From Candidatus Faecousia intestinigallinarum (GTDB lineage Bacteria; Bacillota; Clostridia; Oscillospirales; Oscillospiraceae): a stretch of DNA of 64,000 nt. The translations under genes and the position numbers were made by a program. Below are positions 9,814 through 17,823 of the stretch, piece after piece (positions within the stretch are counted from its first letter, which is position 1; every line of letters begins with the position of its first letter). The notes below the pieces were generated by a model. The model was not told where the DNA came from and did no database searches. It was given only the letters and a program-made list of their open reading frames with translations. Location of the stretch: NCBI GenBank assembly GCA_018715805.1, contig DVKX01000071.1, positions 17,074-81,073 of the forward strand, read 5' to 3'.

Positions 9814-10572
9814 ATGAAAACGATTTTATTTGACCTGGATGGGACGCTGCTTCCCATGGATCAGGAGAAATTTGTAGAGGCATACTTCGGCCTGCTGGCA
9901 AAGAAGCTGGCGCCCCATGGCTATGAACCGAAACCTTTGGTGGACGCCATTTGGAAGGGAACTGCCGCTATGGTGAAAAACAACGGCAGCTGCACCAATG
10001 AGCAGGCATTTTGGCGGCAGTTCGTGAATATCTTTGGCGAGCGGGTGCGCCGGGACGAGCCGCTGTTCGAGGAGTATTACCATCAGGAATTTGAATGGGT
10101 GCGGCAGGTTTGCGGCTTTGCTCCTAAGGCGGCGGAGACGGTAAAAGCTCTAAAGGCGGCGGGCTGCCGTGTGGCGCTGGCCACCAACCCCATTTTTCCT
10201 GCGGTGGCTACCCAGGCGCGGATTCGCTGGGCAGGGCTGGACGCCCGGGATTTTGAACTGGTGACCACCTATGAGAACTCCCGCTTCTGCAAACCCAATC
10301 CCGCTTATTATCAGGAGATCCTCCGTACCCTGGACGCCGCGCCGGAGGATTGCTGCATGGTTGGCAACGATGTGAAGGAAGATATGGCGGCGGCGCGGCT
10401 GGGTATGCAGGTGTTTCTGCTGACGGACTGCCTCATTAATTCGGAGGGGGAGGATATTCATGCATATCCCCATGGCAGCTTCGAGGAATTGATGGCGTTT
10501 TTAGAAAGGATGGGCTTCTATGAAAATTGCACTGGCTGCGGCAAGGCTGAAAAACCGGGATGTTCTCTATAA
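9814..10572 (+). CDS. HAD-superfamily hydrolase
   Basis: FDLDGTL motif I, ATNP motif II, KPNPAYY and MVGND motifs III/IV. Confidence 0.9.
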   Translation: MKTILFDLDGTLLPMDQEKFVEAYFGLLAKKLAPHGYEPKPLVDAIWKGTAAMVKNNGSCTNEQAFWRQFVNIFGERVRRDEPLFEEYYHQEFEWVRQVCGFAPKAAETVKALKAAGCRVALATNPIFPAVATQARIRWAGLDARDFELVTTYENSRFCKPNPAYYQEILRTLDAAPEDCCMVGNDVKEDMAAARLGMQVFLLTDCLINSEGEDIHAYPHGSFEELMAFLERMGFYENCTGCGKAEKPGCSL

Positions 10573-11233
10573 TCTTTCCCAAATCAGCCGGTACATCCAT
10601 GCCGCTGAGCAAGAGGGCGCAGAGCTGATCTGCTTTGGAGAGAGCTTCTTGCAGGGCTTTGACTGTCTGGACTGGGAATATGAGAAGGATCGTGAAACAG
10701 CGGTGAGCACAGACTCCCCGGCCTTTAAGCAGGTATGCTTTCTCTCGGAGGAGACGGGAGTGGACGTGCTGTTCGGTTTTGTGGAGCGGCAGGGAGAGGC
10801 GCTGTATTCCGCCTGTGCGCTGGTGGAAAAAGGCGTGCTGACGCATTGCTATCGCAGGGTATCCCAGGGCTGGAAGGAGTATAACTGTACCGACGCGCAT
10901 TATCAGGAGGGCGCGGCGGCAGAGATATTCCGCTACCGGGGGAAAGACTGCCTCCTGGCGCTGTGCGGCGACCTGTGGGATTGCCCGGAGCAATTTGCCC
11001 AGGGTGAGGAACTGCTGTTCTGGCCGGTATATATCAGTTTCCCGCCGGAGGAATGGAAAGGCGGCGTGCGGGAGGAATACGCCCGCCAAGGAGCAAAATG
11101 CTGCGCCAAGACGCTGTTTGTAAACAGCGTTGCCGACGACGATGCTTATGGCGGCGCGTGCCTGTTTGAAAACGGCGCCGTCAGCGCGGAGCTGCCCATG
11201 GGCAAGGAGGGTATGCTGGTAGTGGAAGTATAA
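10520..11233 (+). CDS. Carbon-nitrogen hydrolase (nitrilase superfamily)
   Basis: ELICFGESFLQG (catalytic Glu), ALCGDLW (catalytic Cys), FVNSV, GGACLF. Confidence 0.85.
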   Translation: MKIALAAARLKNRDVLYNLSQISRYIHAAEQEGAELICFGESFLQGFDCLDWEYEKDRETAVSTDSPAFKQVCFLSEETGVDVLFGFVERQGEALYSACALVEKGVLTHCYRRVSQGWKEYNCTDAHYQEGAAAEIFRYRGKDCLLALCGDLWDCPEQFAQGEELLFWPVYISFPPEEWKGGVREEYARQGAKCCAKTLFVNSVADDDAYGGACLFENGAVSAELPMGKEGMLVVEV

Positions 11234-11343
11234 ATCGGCCAAAGTGCAGGCCGTTTTTGGGCGATTTACTATGTATTTCCCGATAATCGGCAAATAATCG
11301 GCGTTTACCAACAATTTATTCGGTTTTTCTTATGCTTTTTGTC

Positions 11344-11373
11344 TCATTCTCCATTGGCTTCCTGTCATACTCT
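11344..11373 (+). promoter_or_regulatory. Candidate sigmaE-type sporulation promoter
   Basis: TCATTCT-N15-CATACTCT compared with the B. subtilis sigmaE consensus TCATATT-N15-CATACGAT; lies 19 nt before the ATG at 11392. Confidence 0.45.
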
Positions 11374-11391
11374 ATGGAAGGAAGTGAGACA

Positions 11392-11673
11392 ATGAGACAG
11401 CAATACCACGATACTTTGAAGAAACATTTTCGCCGCGATTTGCTGAATACCCGTTCCGACCTTGGATTGACCCGGGATCGGATGGCCGAGCTGCTTTCTA
11501 TGGATTCCAGCTCTTTGGCGGATTTGGAATCCGGCAAATATACCTGCAGCGCGGTTACTCTGCTGCTCTATCTTTTTCGCTGCTGCCCGGACAGCGAAGC
11601 CTTTTTGAGCGACCTGCAGAAGGAGATGGACGCAGTGGCCAGGCAGCGCGGCCAGCTTCCCAGTTCCAAATAG
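11392..11673 (+). CDS. Small XRE-type HTH protein
   Basis: R..LGLTRDRMAELLSMDSSSLADLESGK is an XRE HTH pattern; RBS GGAAGGAAG. Confidence 0.7.
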   Translation: MRQQYHDTLKKHFRRDLLNTRSDLGLTRDRMAELLSMDSSSLADLESGKYTCSAVTLLLYLFRCCPDSEAFLSDLQKEMDAVARQRGQLPSSK

Positions 11674-11722
11674 CAGCGTTCCCCTGTCGGCAGTATTACT
11701 CGAAATGACTGGAGGTGCCAAT

Positions 11723-12385
11723 ATGTGGGATATTAACGCGCTTGTGCCGCAGCTTCCTTACTGGAGCTGCCTTACCCCAGAGGAGCAAACCCTGGTAACA
11801 GAGCAGGCGCGGCTCCTTTCCTTCGCCAAGGGGCAGCCGGTTCTGTCAGGCAGCGAGTGCCTGGGCATGGTCTGGGTTGTTTCCGGCGCGATACGTTTGT
11901 ACATCCTTTCGGAAGAGGGGCGAGAGGTGACTTTATTCCGGCTGTACCAGGGGGAACCGTGTGTTTTTTCCGCTTCCTGCGTGGTGAGCCAGATCACCTT
12001 TGACACGATGATCACCGCAGAGCAGGATACCTGCCTGCTGGTGGTTCCCAGTCATGTGTTCGGGCAGATGACAGAGGAGAACCTGACTTTGCGGTGCTAT
12101 ATGTACGAACGGATGCTGGAGCGCTTCTCCGCCGTCATGTGGACCATGCAGGAGATCCTGTTCAAGGGCTTTGACCGCCGCTTGGCTGCATTCCTGGTGG
12201 GGGAATATGACCGCACCGGCAGCGTGCAGATCAGAATGACCCACCAGGAGATCGCGAAGATCACCAGCTCCGCCCGGGAGGTGGTGGCCAGGATGCTGAA
12301 GCGCTTCGAGGCCGACGGTCTGGTGGAGTACAAGCGCGGCTGCGTTACGCTGCGGGACATTCCGGCGCTCCGAACGATGCGCTGA
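11723..12385 (+). CDS. Crp/Fnr-family transcriptional regulator
   Basis: cNMP-binding-fold N-domain (SGAIRLYILSEEGREVTLFRL); C-terminal HTH MTHQEIAKITSSAREVVARMLKRF. Confidence 0.92.
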   Translation: MWDINALVPQLPYWSCLTPEEQTLVTEQARLLSFAKGQPVLSGSECLGMVWVVSGAIRLYILSEEGREVTLFRLYQGEPCVFSASCVVSQITFDTMITAEQDTCLLVVPSHVFGQMTEENLTLRCYMYERMLERFSAVMWTMQEILFKGFDRRLAAFLVGEYDRTGSVQIRMTHQEIAKITSSAREVVARMLKRFEADGLVEYKRGCVTLRDIPALRTMR

Positions 12386-12411
12386 GGCGCCTGGGATCAA
12401 AAATTCTTCTG

Positions 12412-12456
12412 AAATGCTACTTGGTCACATTTTTTTGCCGGCCTGGAGGTTATAAT
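12412..12456 (+). promoter_or_regulatory. trxA promoter with candidate Crp/Fnr site
   Basis: Imperfect palindrome AAATGctAC-ttg-GTcaCATTT (12412-12432), TATAAT at 12451-12456, no good -35. Confidence 0.5.
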
Positions 12457-12493
12457 CAGAGTAAAGAAATTCATCCTGAAAGGAGACAGAACA

Positions 12494-12802
12494 ATGGAGA
12501 TCCAACTGACCCAGCAGAATTTTGCGGAGGAGGTACTGCATTCCGATAAGCCTGTCCTGGTGGACTTCTGGGCTACTTGGTGCGGCCCCTGCCGGATGCT
12601 TGCCCCTATAATCGCGGAGATCGCAGAGGAATACGCCGGGGAAATCAAGGTAGGTAAGGTAAACGTAGACGAGGAGATGGGGCTGGCAGGTCAGTACCAG
12701 ATCAGCAGCATCCCTACGGTGATGCTGTTTAAGGACGGCAAGGCCGTCCAGACCTCTGTGGGGTATCGTCCGAAAGCGGAACTGGAAGCCATGCTCCGCT
12801 GA
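12494..12802 (+). CDS. trxA: Thioredoxin
   Basis: [15 protein letters not shown] active site; SIPT cis-Pro motif. Confidence 0.96.
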   Translation: MEIQLTQQNFAEEVLHSDKPVLVDFWATWCGPCRMLAPIIAEIAEEYAGEIKVGKVNVDEEMGLAGQYQISSIPTVMLFKDGKAVQTSVGYRPKAELEAMLR

Positions 12803-12922
12803 CACACACCCGTTTCAAAAGTCTAAGAGCTTTTGAAGCACTGCTTACAGGGAATGGGCTTGCCCCATTCCCTGTATTGACTTTCCGCCGGGAATCGGTT
12901 ACAATGATACCGCTTTTTATAT

Positions 12923-12999
12923 GCGCCAGTAGCTCAGTTGGATAGAGCGTCCGCCTCCTAAGCGGAAGGCCGGGGATTCGAGTTCCTTCTGGCGCGCCA
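12923..12999 (+). tRNA. tRNA-Arg(CCT)
   Basis: Acceptor GCGCCAG/CTGGCGC, anticodon arm TCCGC-ctCCTaa-GCGGA, TTCGA T-loop, encoded CCA; promoter TTGACT-17-TACAAT upstream. Confidence 0.96.
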
Positions 13000-13034
13000 G
13001 GTCGGGACGAGCGATGCTCGTTCCGACTTTTTTT
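13000..13034 (+). terminator. Terminator abutting the tRNA-Arg(CCT) CCA end
   Basis: GTCGGGACGAGC-gat-GCTCGTTCCGAC-TTTTTTT. Confidence 0.85.
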
Positions 13035-13073
13035 GCAGATAGGGCGCTGTCTGCTGTCTTTTCAATCTGGACT

Positions 13074-13121
13074 GCAAAATTGCAAATTTTGCTTGACAAA
13101 TTTTGGGAGCGATGATATACT
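13074..13121 (+). promoter_or_regulatory. Strong sigmaA promoter with upstream palindrome
   Basis: TTGACA (13093-98)-17-TATACT (13116-21) with extended TG; GCAAAAT-tgcaa-ATTTTGC at 13074-13092. Confidence 0.75.
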
Positions 13122-13282
13122 AAAATTGTAATATAAAAGTGTACACCACAGAAAGACAAAGCGGAGAAATGTCCGTGAGGAGGGGATTCCCATGGCGCAC
13201 CCGGGTGGCGCGGCTGTTCCCCGGCAGCCGGCTCGGCCACGGTAAATAGGGGAAAACAACACTATTTTCAGGAGGTATTGAT

Positions 13283-13588
13283 ATGAAAAAGTCGTTTCGT
13301 GTTCTGACCATGGTTCTGGCGGTGGTGATGCTCCTGAGCAGCTTTGCGCTGTTGGCCTCTGCGGCGGAGGCGTCCCAGAAGCTGGCCTGTACCCATCCGC
13401 ACATGATGGTGGTGGAGGAGTGGCATTGCATTCCTCTTGATTCCAATTACCATCGAGATTATAGGTATTATCGGTATACCTGCCCGCTCTGCGGCTATTA
13501 CTATCTGGAATATCAGAATGATTACTCTGATTTTCGCCATTCATTTGGTCTCGATGATGTCTGCATATACTGCGGCGCTAAAAGATAA
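13283..13588 (+). CDS. Small secreted Cys/His-rich protein of unknown function
   Basis: RBS GGAGG; Sec signal MKKSFRVLTMVLAVVMLLSSFALLASA; mature part has 6 Cys including CPLCG and CIYCG, and 5 His. Confidence 0.82.
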   Translation: MKKSFRVLTMVLAVVMLLSSFALLASAAEASQKLACTHPHMMVVEEWHCIPLDSNYHRDYRYYRYTCPLCGYYYLEYQNDYSDFRHSFGLDDVCIYCGAKR

Positions 13589-13704
13589 TCGTTTAAGCGG
13601 CTGATCGCGTTTTCTTTCGCTGTGCCGTCCACTTAGCGTGGGCGGCATAGCCCTATCCATAAAACATGGCGAAAAGCGCCGTAGCAAATAAGGAGGGAAG
13701 CGGT

Positions 13705-15741
13705 ATGCACAGTATCCGGCAATTTCTTCGCCAGCCCTTGAAGCTGCTGGCGGGCATTTTGTTTATGACCCTGGGGGTGGCGCTGCTGTGCGTGGGCGTG
13801 GGGCAGAGCGTGGCGGCGCGCCAATCCCAGGCGGCCTTTGAGGAGATGTTCACCACCACCGCCGTCATGAGCGCCAAATACCAGTTCGTGGACGATACCG
13901 GCGAAGATATACTGCTTCGGGAAGTGCCGGAGGATATTCAGGCGTGGATCGACCAGTTCCTGGCGCAGCACCCGGAGCTGGTGAAGTATGTGGCGCAGCC
14001 CGGCCTGGCTTCCGCCAGGCTCCCGGAGCTGGCGATGGATAACTATACAAATTATGTTTTGGACTATGCAAGCGGCAGTATTATGGGGTTCGCGCCCACG
14101 CCGCAGGGCAGCCCCTATTCCAGCGCCGTGCTGGAAATTTCTGTTATTGGCACGAAGGATCCGGTGGTTACGGAGGATGGCGTCAGCCAGGAGATCGTGG
14201 GTACCGTGGAACGGGTGCTGGGGCTGGAGGCGGGATTCGACGACCCCACCGGCCGTACCGCCTACCTGACCTTCCGGGCTAAGAGCCTGGCGGAGCTGGA
14301 ACCCCTGTCCGCAGGGGAGCGCTGCCTGGTCTACGGTATGGATTACTATGACATGGAAGCAAGGCTGCGCGCCAAAATTTCCAAGAGAATGAACGGCGGC
14401 GTGGACATTGGCTTTGTGGATCCCAAGAACATGCACGCCACCGGCTGGGCCAAGGAGGGGAGCTGGTGGGAGCTTGACGGTGACAGCCAATATTATGTTG
14501 CAAACTATGTACTGGGCCAGGAAATTTGGGGAATGAAATGGCAAGACTACCGTGATTACCAGGCCGTCTCCATGACCCTGGAAAACCGGGGGGACTGGCC
14601 GGCGGATGGAACAGGGCTGGACGCGGAAACCTTCGCCCAGCGCTATACCGTGCCCACCCTGGTGCGTTTGGATGGCACTGCGGAGGAATTTTTAGCCACC
14701 CCGGAGGGGGCGCTCTGGCAGAGAATGCTCACGGAGATGGAGGAGAACGCCCACGCCTTCCCCATCATCGGCGTGGACGGGGCGCTGAATTATGTGGCGG
14801 AGTTTGCCCGGGGGCAGGCTTGGGTAGCCCAGGGGCGGGCCTTCACCCCGGAGGAAATGGCGTCCGGCGCCAAGGTGTGCGTGATCTCCGACATCCTGGC
14901 GGAGAAAAACGGGCTGAAGCTGGGGGATACCATCACCCCGCAGTTCTATGACAAAGACCCCCACAGCCCCTACCAGGGCTTTGTGGAGGAGGGGGAGGGA
15001 GTCGTCTATCCGGCGGCCTACCGCTATAGCCCCTACACCCCCGATGCCGGGGAGGAGACCTATACCATCATCGGCATCTATACGCAAAAACAACCTTGGA
15101 AGTGGGTGCGGAGCGGGGAGGGAGCAGCGCGTTATCAACTGTGGATATTCTCCCCCAACACCATTTTCGTCCCGGAGGCGGCGGTGCCGGTGGAGATGGC
15201 CTATGGGGACATGGGCTTCTTCTACACCCTGATCCTGGAGAACGGCGCCAAAGAGGAATTGGAGGAGCTGCAGGCCTGGGCGGGGTTTGAAGATCTGTTC
15301 CTGGTGGAAGATCAGGGGTATTCCGTATTGGCCAGCGGCCTGACGGATTACCAGGCCACAGCCGCGCTGACCCTGCGCATAGGCGTTACAGTGTACGCAG
15401 TGGTGCTGCTGCTGTTCCTGCTGCTCTACCCCGGGATGCAGGGAAAGAACCTGGCCACCATGTACTCCCTGGGCACGCCGGAGAAGCTGCGGATGCGCCA
15501 TTCCCTGCTGGACACGCTCTGCGTGCTGCTGCCGGGCACCCTCCTGGGGATCCTGGCGGGGGGGATTCTTTGGGAAAGGATCGTGGATTCCGTCCCGGCG
15601 GCAAATGCGGTGACGGAGGCGTTCCGGCTGAATCCCTGGCTGCTGCTTGGCCTGGGAGCGGCGCAGTTCGTCCTGTCCCTGGGGGCGGCGGCAGTCCTGG
15701 GCTGGTGGATGAGCCGGGACAAGAGAGCGGGAAGGAGGTAG
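13705..15741 (+). CDS. MacB/FtsX-like ABC transporter permease (large extracellular domain)
   Basis: N-terminal TM, MacB-type periplasmic motif GRAFTPEEMASGAKVCVISDILAEKNGLKLGDTI, C-terminal TM bundle with ATMYSLGT; RBS AAGGAGGG. Confidence 0.8.
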   Translation: MHSIRQFLRQPLKLLAGILFMTLGVALLCVGVGQSVAARQSQAAFEEMFTTTAVMSAKYQFVDDTGEDILLREVPEDIQAWIDQFLAQHPELVKYVAQPGLASARLPELAMDNYTNYVLDYASGSIMGFAPTPQGSPYSSAVLEISVIGTKDPVVTEDGVSQEIVGTVERVLGLEAGFDDPTGRTAYLTFRAKSLAELEPLSAGERCLVYGMDYYDMEARLRAKISKRMNGGVDIGFVDPKNMHATGWAKEGSWWELDGDSQYYVANYVLGQEIWGMKWQDYRDYQAVSMTLENRGDWPADGTGLDAETFAQRYTVPTLVRLDGTAEEFLATPEGALWQRMLTEMEENAHAFPIIGVDGALNYVAEFARGQAWVAQGRAFTPEEMASGAKVCVISDILAEKNGLKLGDTITPQFYDKDPHSPYQGFVEEGEGVVYPAAYRYSPYTPDAGEETYTIIGIYTQKQPWKWVRSGEGAARYQLWIFSPNTIFVPEAAVPVEMAYGDMGFFYTLILENGAKEELEELQAWAGFEDLFLVEDQGYSVLASGLTDYQATAALTLRIGVTVYAVVLLLFLLLYPGMQGKNLATMYSLGTPEKLRMRHSLLDTLCVLLPGTLLGILAGGILWERIVDSVPAANAVTEAFRLNPWLLLGLGAAQFVLSLGAAAVLGWWMSRDKRAGRR

Positions 15742-15745
15742 GCGT

Positions 15746-16993
15746 ATGTGGATGCACCTATGGAGAAGAATTACCCGGAAGCCCCTGCCGCTGCTGGCCG
15801 TTGCAGCCTTCGCGGCGGCGATCACCCTGGCGCTGTGCGCCCTTCACGCCAATAATGTGGCGGAGGAGGCGGCCTACCTGGAGAGCCGCGCCAAGGTGGA
15901 GGTGCCCTTCGCGGTGACCAACCTGGCCGGCAGCCAGTCTCAGGATATTATGATTCCCGGCTTCCTGGCGGACGCTTTCGCCGGGCAGGGGGACGGGCGC
16001 CCCCTGCTGGACGGGTATGTTTCCCAGCTGCAGATCCTGCAGACCTATTCGGTGAACAGCTCGAAGGACGGAGTGCTGGACGGCTTCCGGATGTGCGGCA
16101 TTCTGGATCTGAAATCCGACCGCCTCATCTCCCCCAATGCCGGCGGGGAGATCGAGTGGTATCCCGGCTACGATGAGAGCGTTTTCCAGACCGGCGAGCT
16201 GGTATGTATCGTGCCGAAGCAGCTGGCGGAGGAGGGCGTGCTGCCCGAGGACGGGGTGCTGGAGCTTACATTTGTGGGGGAAACCACGCCCCCGAACCCA
16301 CCCAACAAGATCACCCGGGAGTTTACCGTGGTGGGGCTGTTCTCCAATGATAAGATCGCCGTGGACGGCGCGAAAATCTGGAAGGCCTATTGCCCCTACC
16401 GAACCATGCGGCAGATCTATCTGGATTTGAGCATCATCTATGAAAAACGCACTGTCGATGTGATTCGCGGTGTGCTGCGGGACAACGACCAGCTGGAGGA
16501 ATTCCGAAAGGCTGCCAACGAGTGGATGCCCAACGCCGAGCCGGACGCCCAGCCCTGGGAATACGAAACGGTGGGCTATTACTTCACGGAGTTTTACTTT
16601 GCCATCGACATTGACGACTCCCTGCTCCAGAGCCTGACCAACAGCTACCAGAACAGCATGGCCATCAACCGGCTGTCCCTGCTGCTGGTGTTCGCGCTGT
16701 CCGCCGGGGCGGGGTTCCTGGTGGGCTTCCTGATGATCCGGAGCCGGAAGCGGGAGATCGGCCAGCTGCGCACTCTGGGGACGCCGGGGGCGATGATCTA
16801 CATAAGCTATGCCCTGGAGCAGATGGCGGCCATTGCCGTGGGCATCGGGGTGGGGGGCGCATTCTTCCGCTATGAACCCGTTGCCTGGCTGGCGCTGTTT
16901 GCTGGTATCTATTTTGTGGGCTTGAGCGCCGCACTGCTGATTTTCCTGCGCAGGAATCTGCTGGCATCTATGAAAGAGGAGGAGACATCATGA
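15746..16993 (+). CDS. FtsX-like ABC transporter permease
   Basis: N-terminal TM, extracellular domain, FtsX signature RSRKREIGQLRTLGT, C-terminal TMs. Confidence 0.85.
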   Translation: MWMHLWRRITRKPLPLLAVAAFAAAITLALCALHANNVAEEAAYLESRAKVEVPFAVTNLAGSQSQDIMIPGFLADAFAGQGDGRPLLDGYVSQLQILQTYSVNSSKDGVLDGFRMCGILDLKSDRLISPNAGGEIEWYPGYDESVFQTGELVCIVPKQLAEEGVLPEDGVLELTFVGETTPPNPPNKITREFTVVGLFSNDKIAVDGAKIWKAYCPYRTMRQIYLDLSIIYEKRTVDVIRGVLRDNDQLEEFRKAANEWMPNAEPDAQPWEYETVGYYFTEFYFAIDIDDSLLQSLTNSYQNSMAINRLSLLLVFALSAGAGFLVGFLMIRSRKREIGQLRTLGTPGAMIYISYALEQMAAIAVGIGVGGAFFRYEPVAWLALFAGIYFVGLSAALLIFLRRNLLASMKEEETS

Positions 16994-17649
16994 GCATTGT
17001 ATTGCAGGACGCGTCCTACAGCTATCAGGGAAAGTACCAGACGGTGCGCGCCGTGGATGGGGTTTCCTATGCCTTTGAATACGGGAAGCTCTATGCCATT
17101 GTGGGAAAATCCGGCTCGGGCAAGACCACGCTGCTCTCGCTGATGGCAGGGTTAGATTTGCCCACAGAGGGAGAAATTCTGGTGGAGGGGAAATCCACCC
17201 GGGAATGGGATCGGAACGCCCTGCGCCGGGACGCAGTGTCCGTGATCTATCAGAACTATAACCTTTTCCCCTTGCTGACGGTCAGCGAGAACATCCAATA
17301 TCCCCTGACCCTAAAGAAGACGCCGAAGAAAGAGGCCAAGGAGCTGGCGAAGAAAATGCGGGAGCGGGTGGAGCTGCCGGAGAGCTATGACAACCGCCTG
17401 CCCAGTCACCTGTCCGGCGGCGAGCAGCAGCGGGTGGCCATTGCCCGGGCGCTGGCGCAGGGATGCAAAATCATTTTGGCGGATGAGCCAACAGGCAATT
17501 TGGATACGGCCAATACACAGAACATTGTGCGTATCCTCCGCGACCTTGCCCATGAGGATGCGTGCACGGTGATCATTGTGACGCATGATACCGCAGTTGC
17601 CGACCAGGCGGACGAGGTTTTGCAGATGAAAGACGGCCGTTGGGTGTAA
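16990..17649 (+). CDS. ABC transporter ATP-binding protein (LolD/MacB-like)
   Basis: GKSGSGKTT, LSGGEQQRVAIARAL, ADEPTGNLD, VTHD; ATGA overlap with the permease. Confidence 0.95.
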   Translation: MSIVLQDASYSYQGKYQTVRAVDGVSYAFEYGKLYAIVGKSGSGKTTLLSLMAGLDLPTEGEILVEGKSTREWDRNALRRDAVSVIYQNYNLFPLLTVSENIQYPLTLKKTPKKEAKELAKKMRERVELPESYDNRLPSHLSGGEQQRVAIARALAQGCKIILADEPTGNLDTANTQNIVRILRDLAHEDACTVIIVTHDTAVADQADEVLQMKDGRWV

Positions 17650-17671
17650 ATGCGGAATAAATGAAATTTTG

Positions 17672-17705
17672 GAAAAGCCCGGGGTTCGCAGACCCCGGGC
17701 TTTTC
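17672..17705. terminator. Bidirectional terminator
   Basis: GAAAAGCCCGGGGT-tcgcag-ACCCCGGGCTTTTC. Confidence 0.85.
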
Positions 17706-17712
17706 AGACGCC

Positions 17713-17746
17713 AAAAGGCCGGAGCAAGGCAAGCCTTGCTCCGGCC
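17713..17746 (-). terminator. Terminator abutting the tRNA-Arg(ACG) CCA end
   Basis: 13-bp stem GGCCGGAGCAAGG/CCTTGCTCCGGCC followed by TTTT on the minus strand. Confidence 0.8.
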
Positions 17747-17823
17747 TGGTACGCTGGAAGGGACTCGAACCCCCGACCTACTGATTCGTAGTCAGTCACT
17801 CTATCCAACTGAGCTACCAGCGC
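17747..17823 (-). tRNA. tRNA-Arg(ACG)
   Basis: Reverse complement GCGCTGGTAGCTCAGTTGGATAGAGTG-ACTGA-ctACGaa-TCAGT-AGGTCGGGGGTTCGAGTCCCTT-CCAGCGT-A-CCA. Confidence 0.96.

Noticed and set aside
13140-13190. c-di-GMP-I riboswitch-like start (GACAAAGCGGAGAAATGTCCG)
   Set aside because: Lacks the GCAAA/GAAA tetraloop-receptor P2-P3 architecture and the conserved GACGCAAAGC-like core
13000-17746. Classical tRNA-integrated genomic island
   Set aside because: No integrase and no duplicated tRNA 3' end (att repeat); both flanking tRNAs are complete, different isoacceptors
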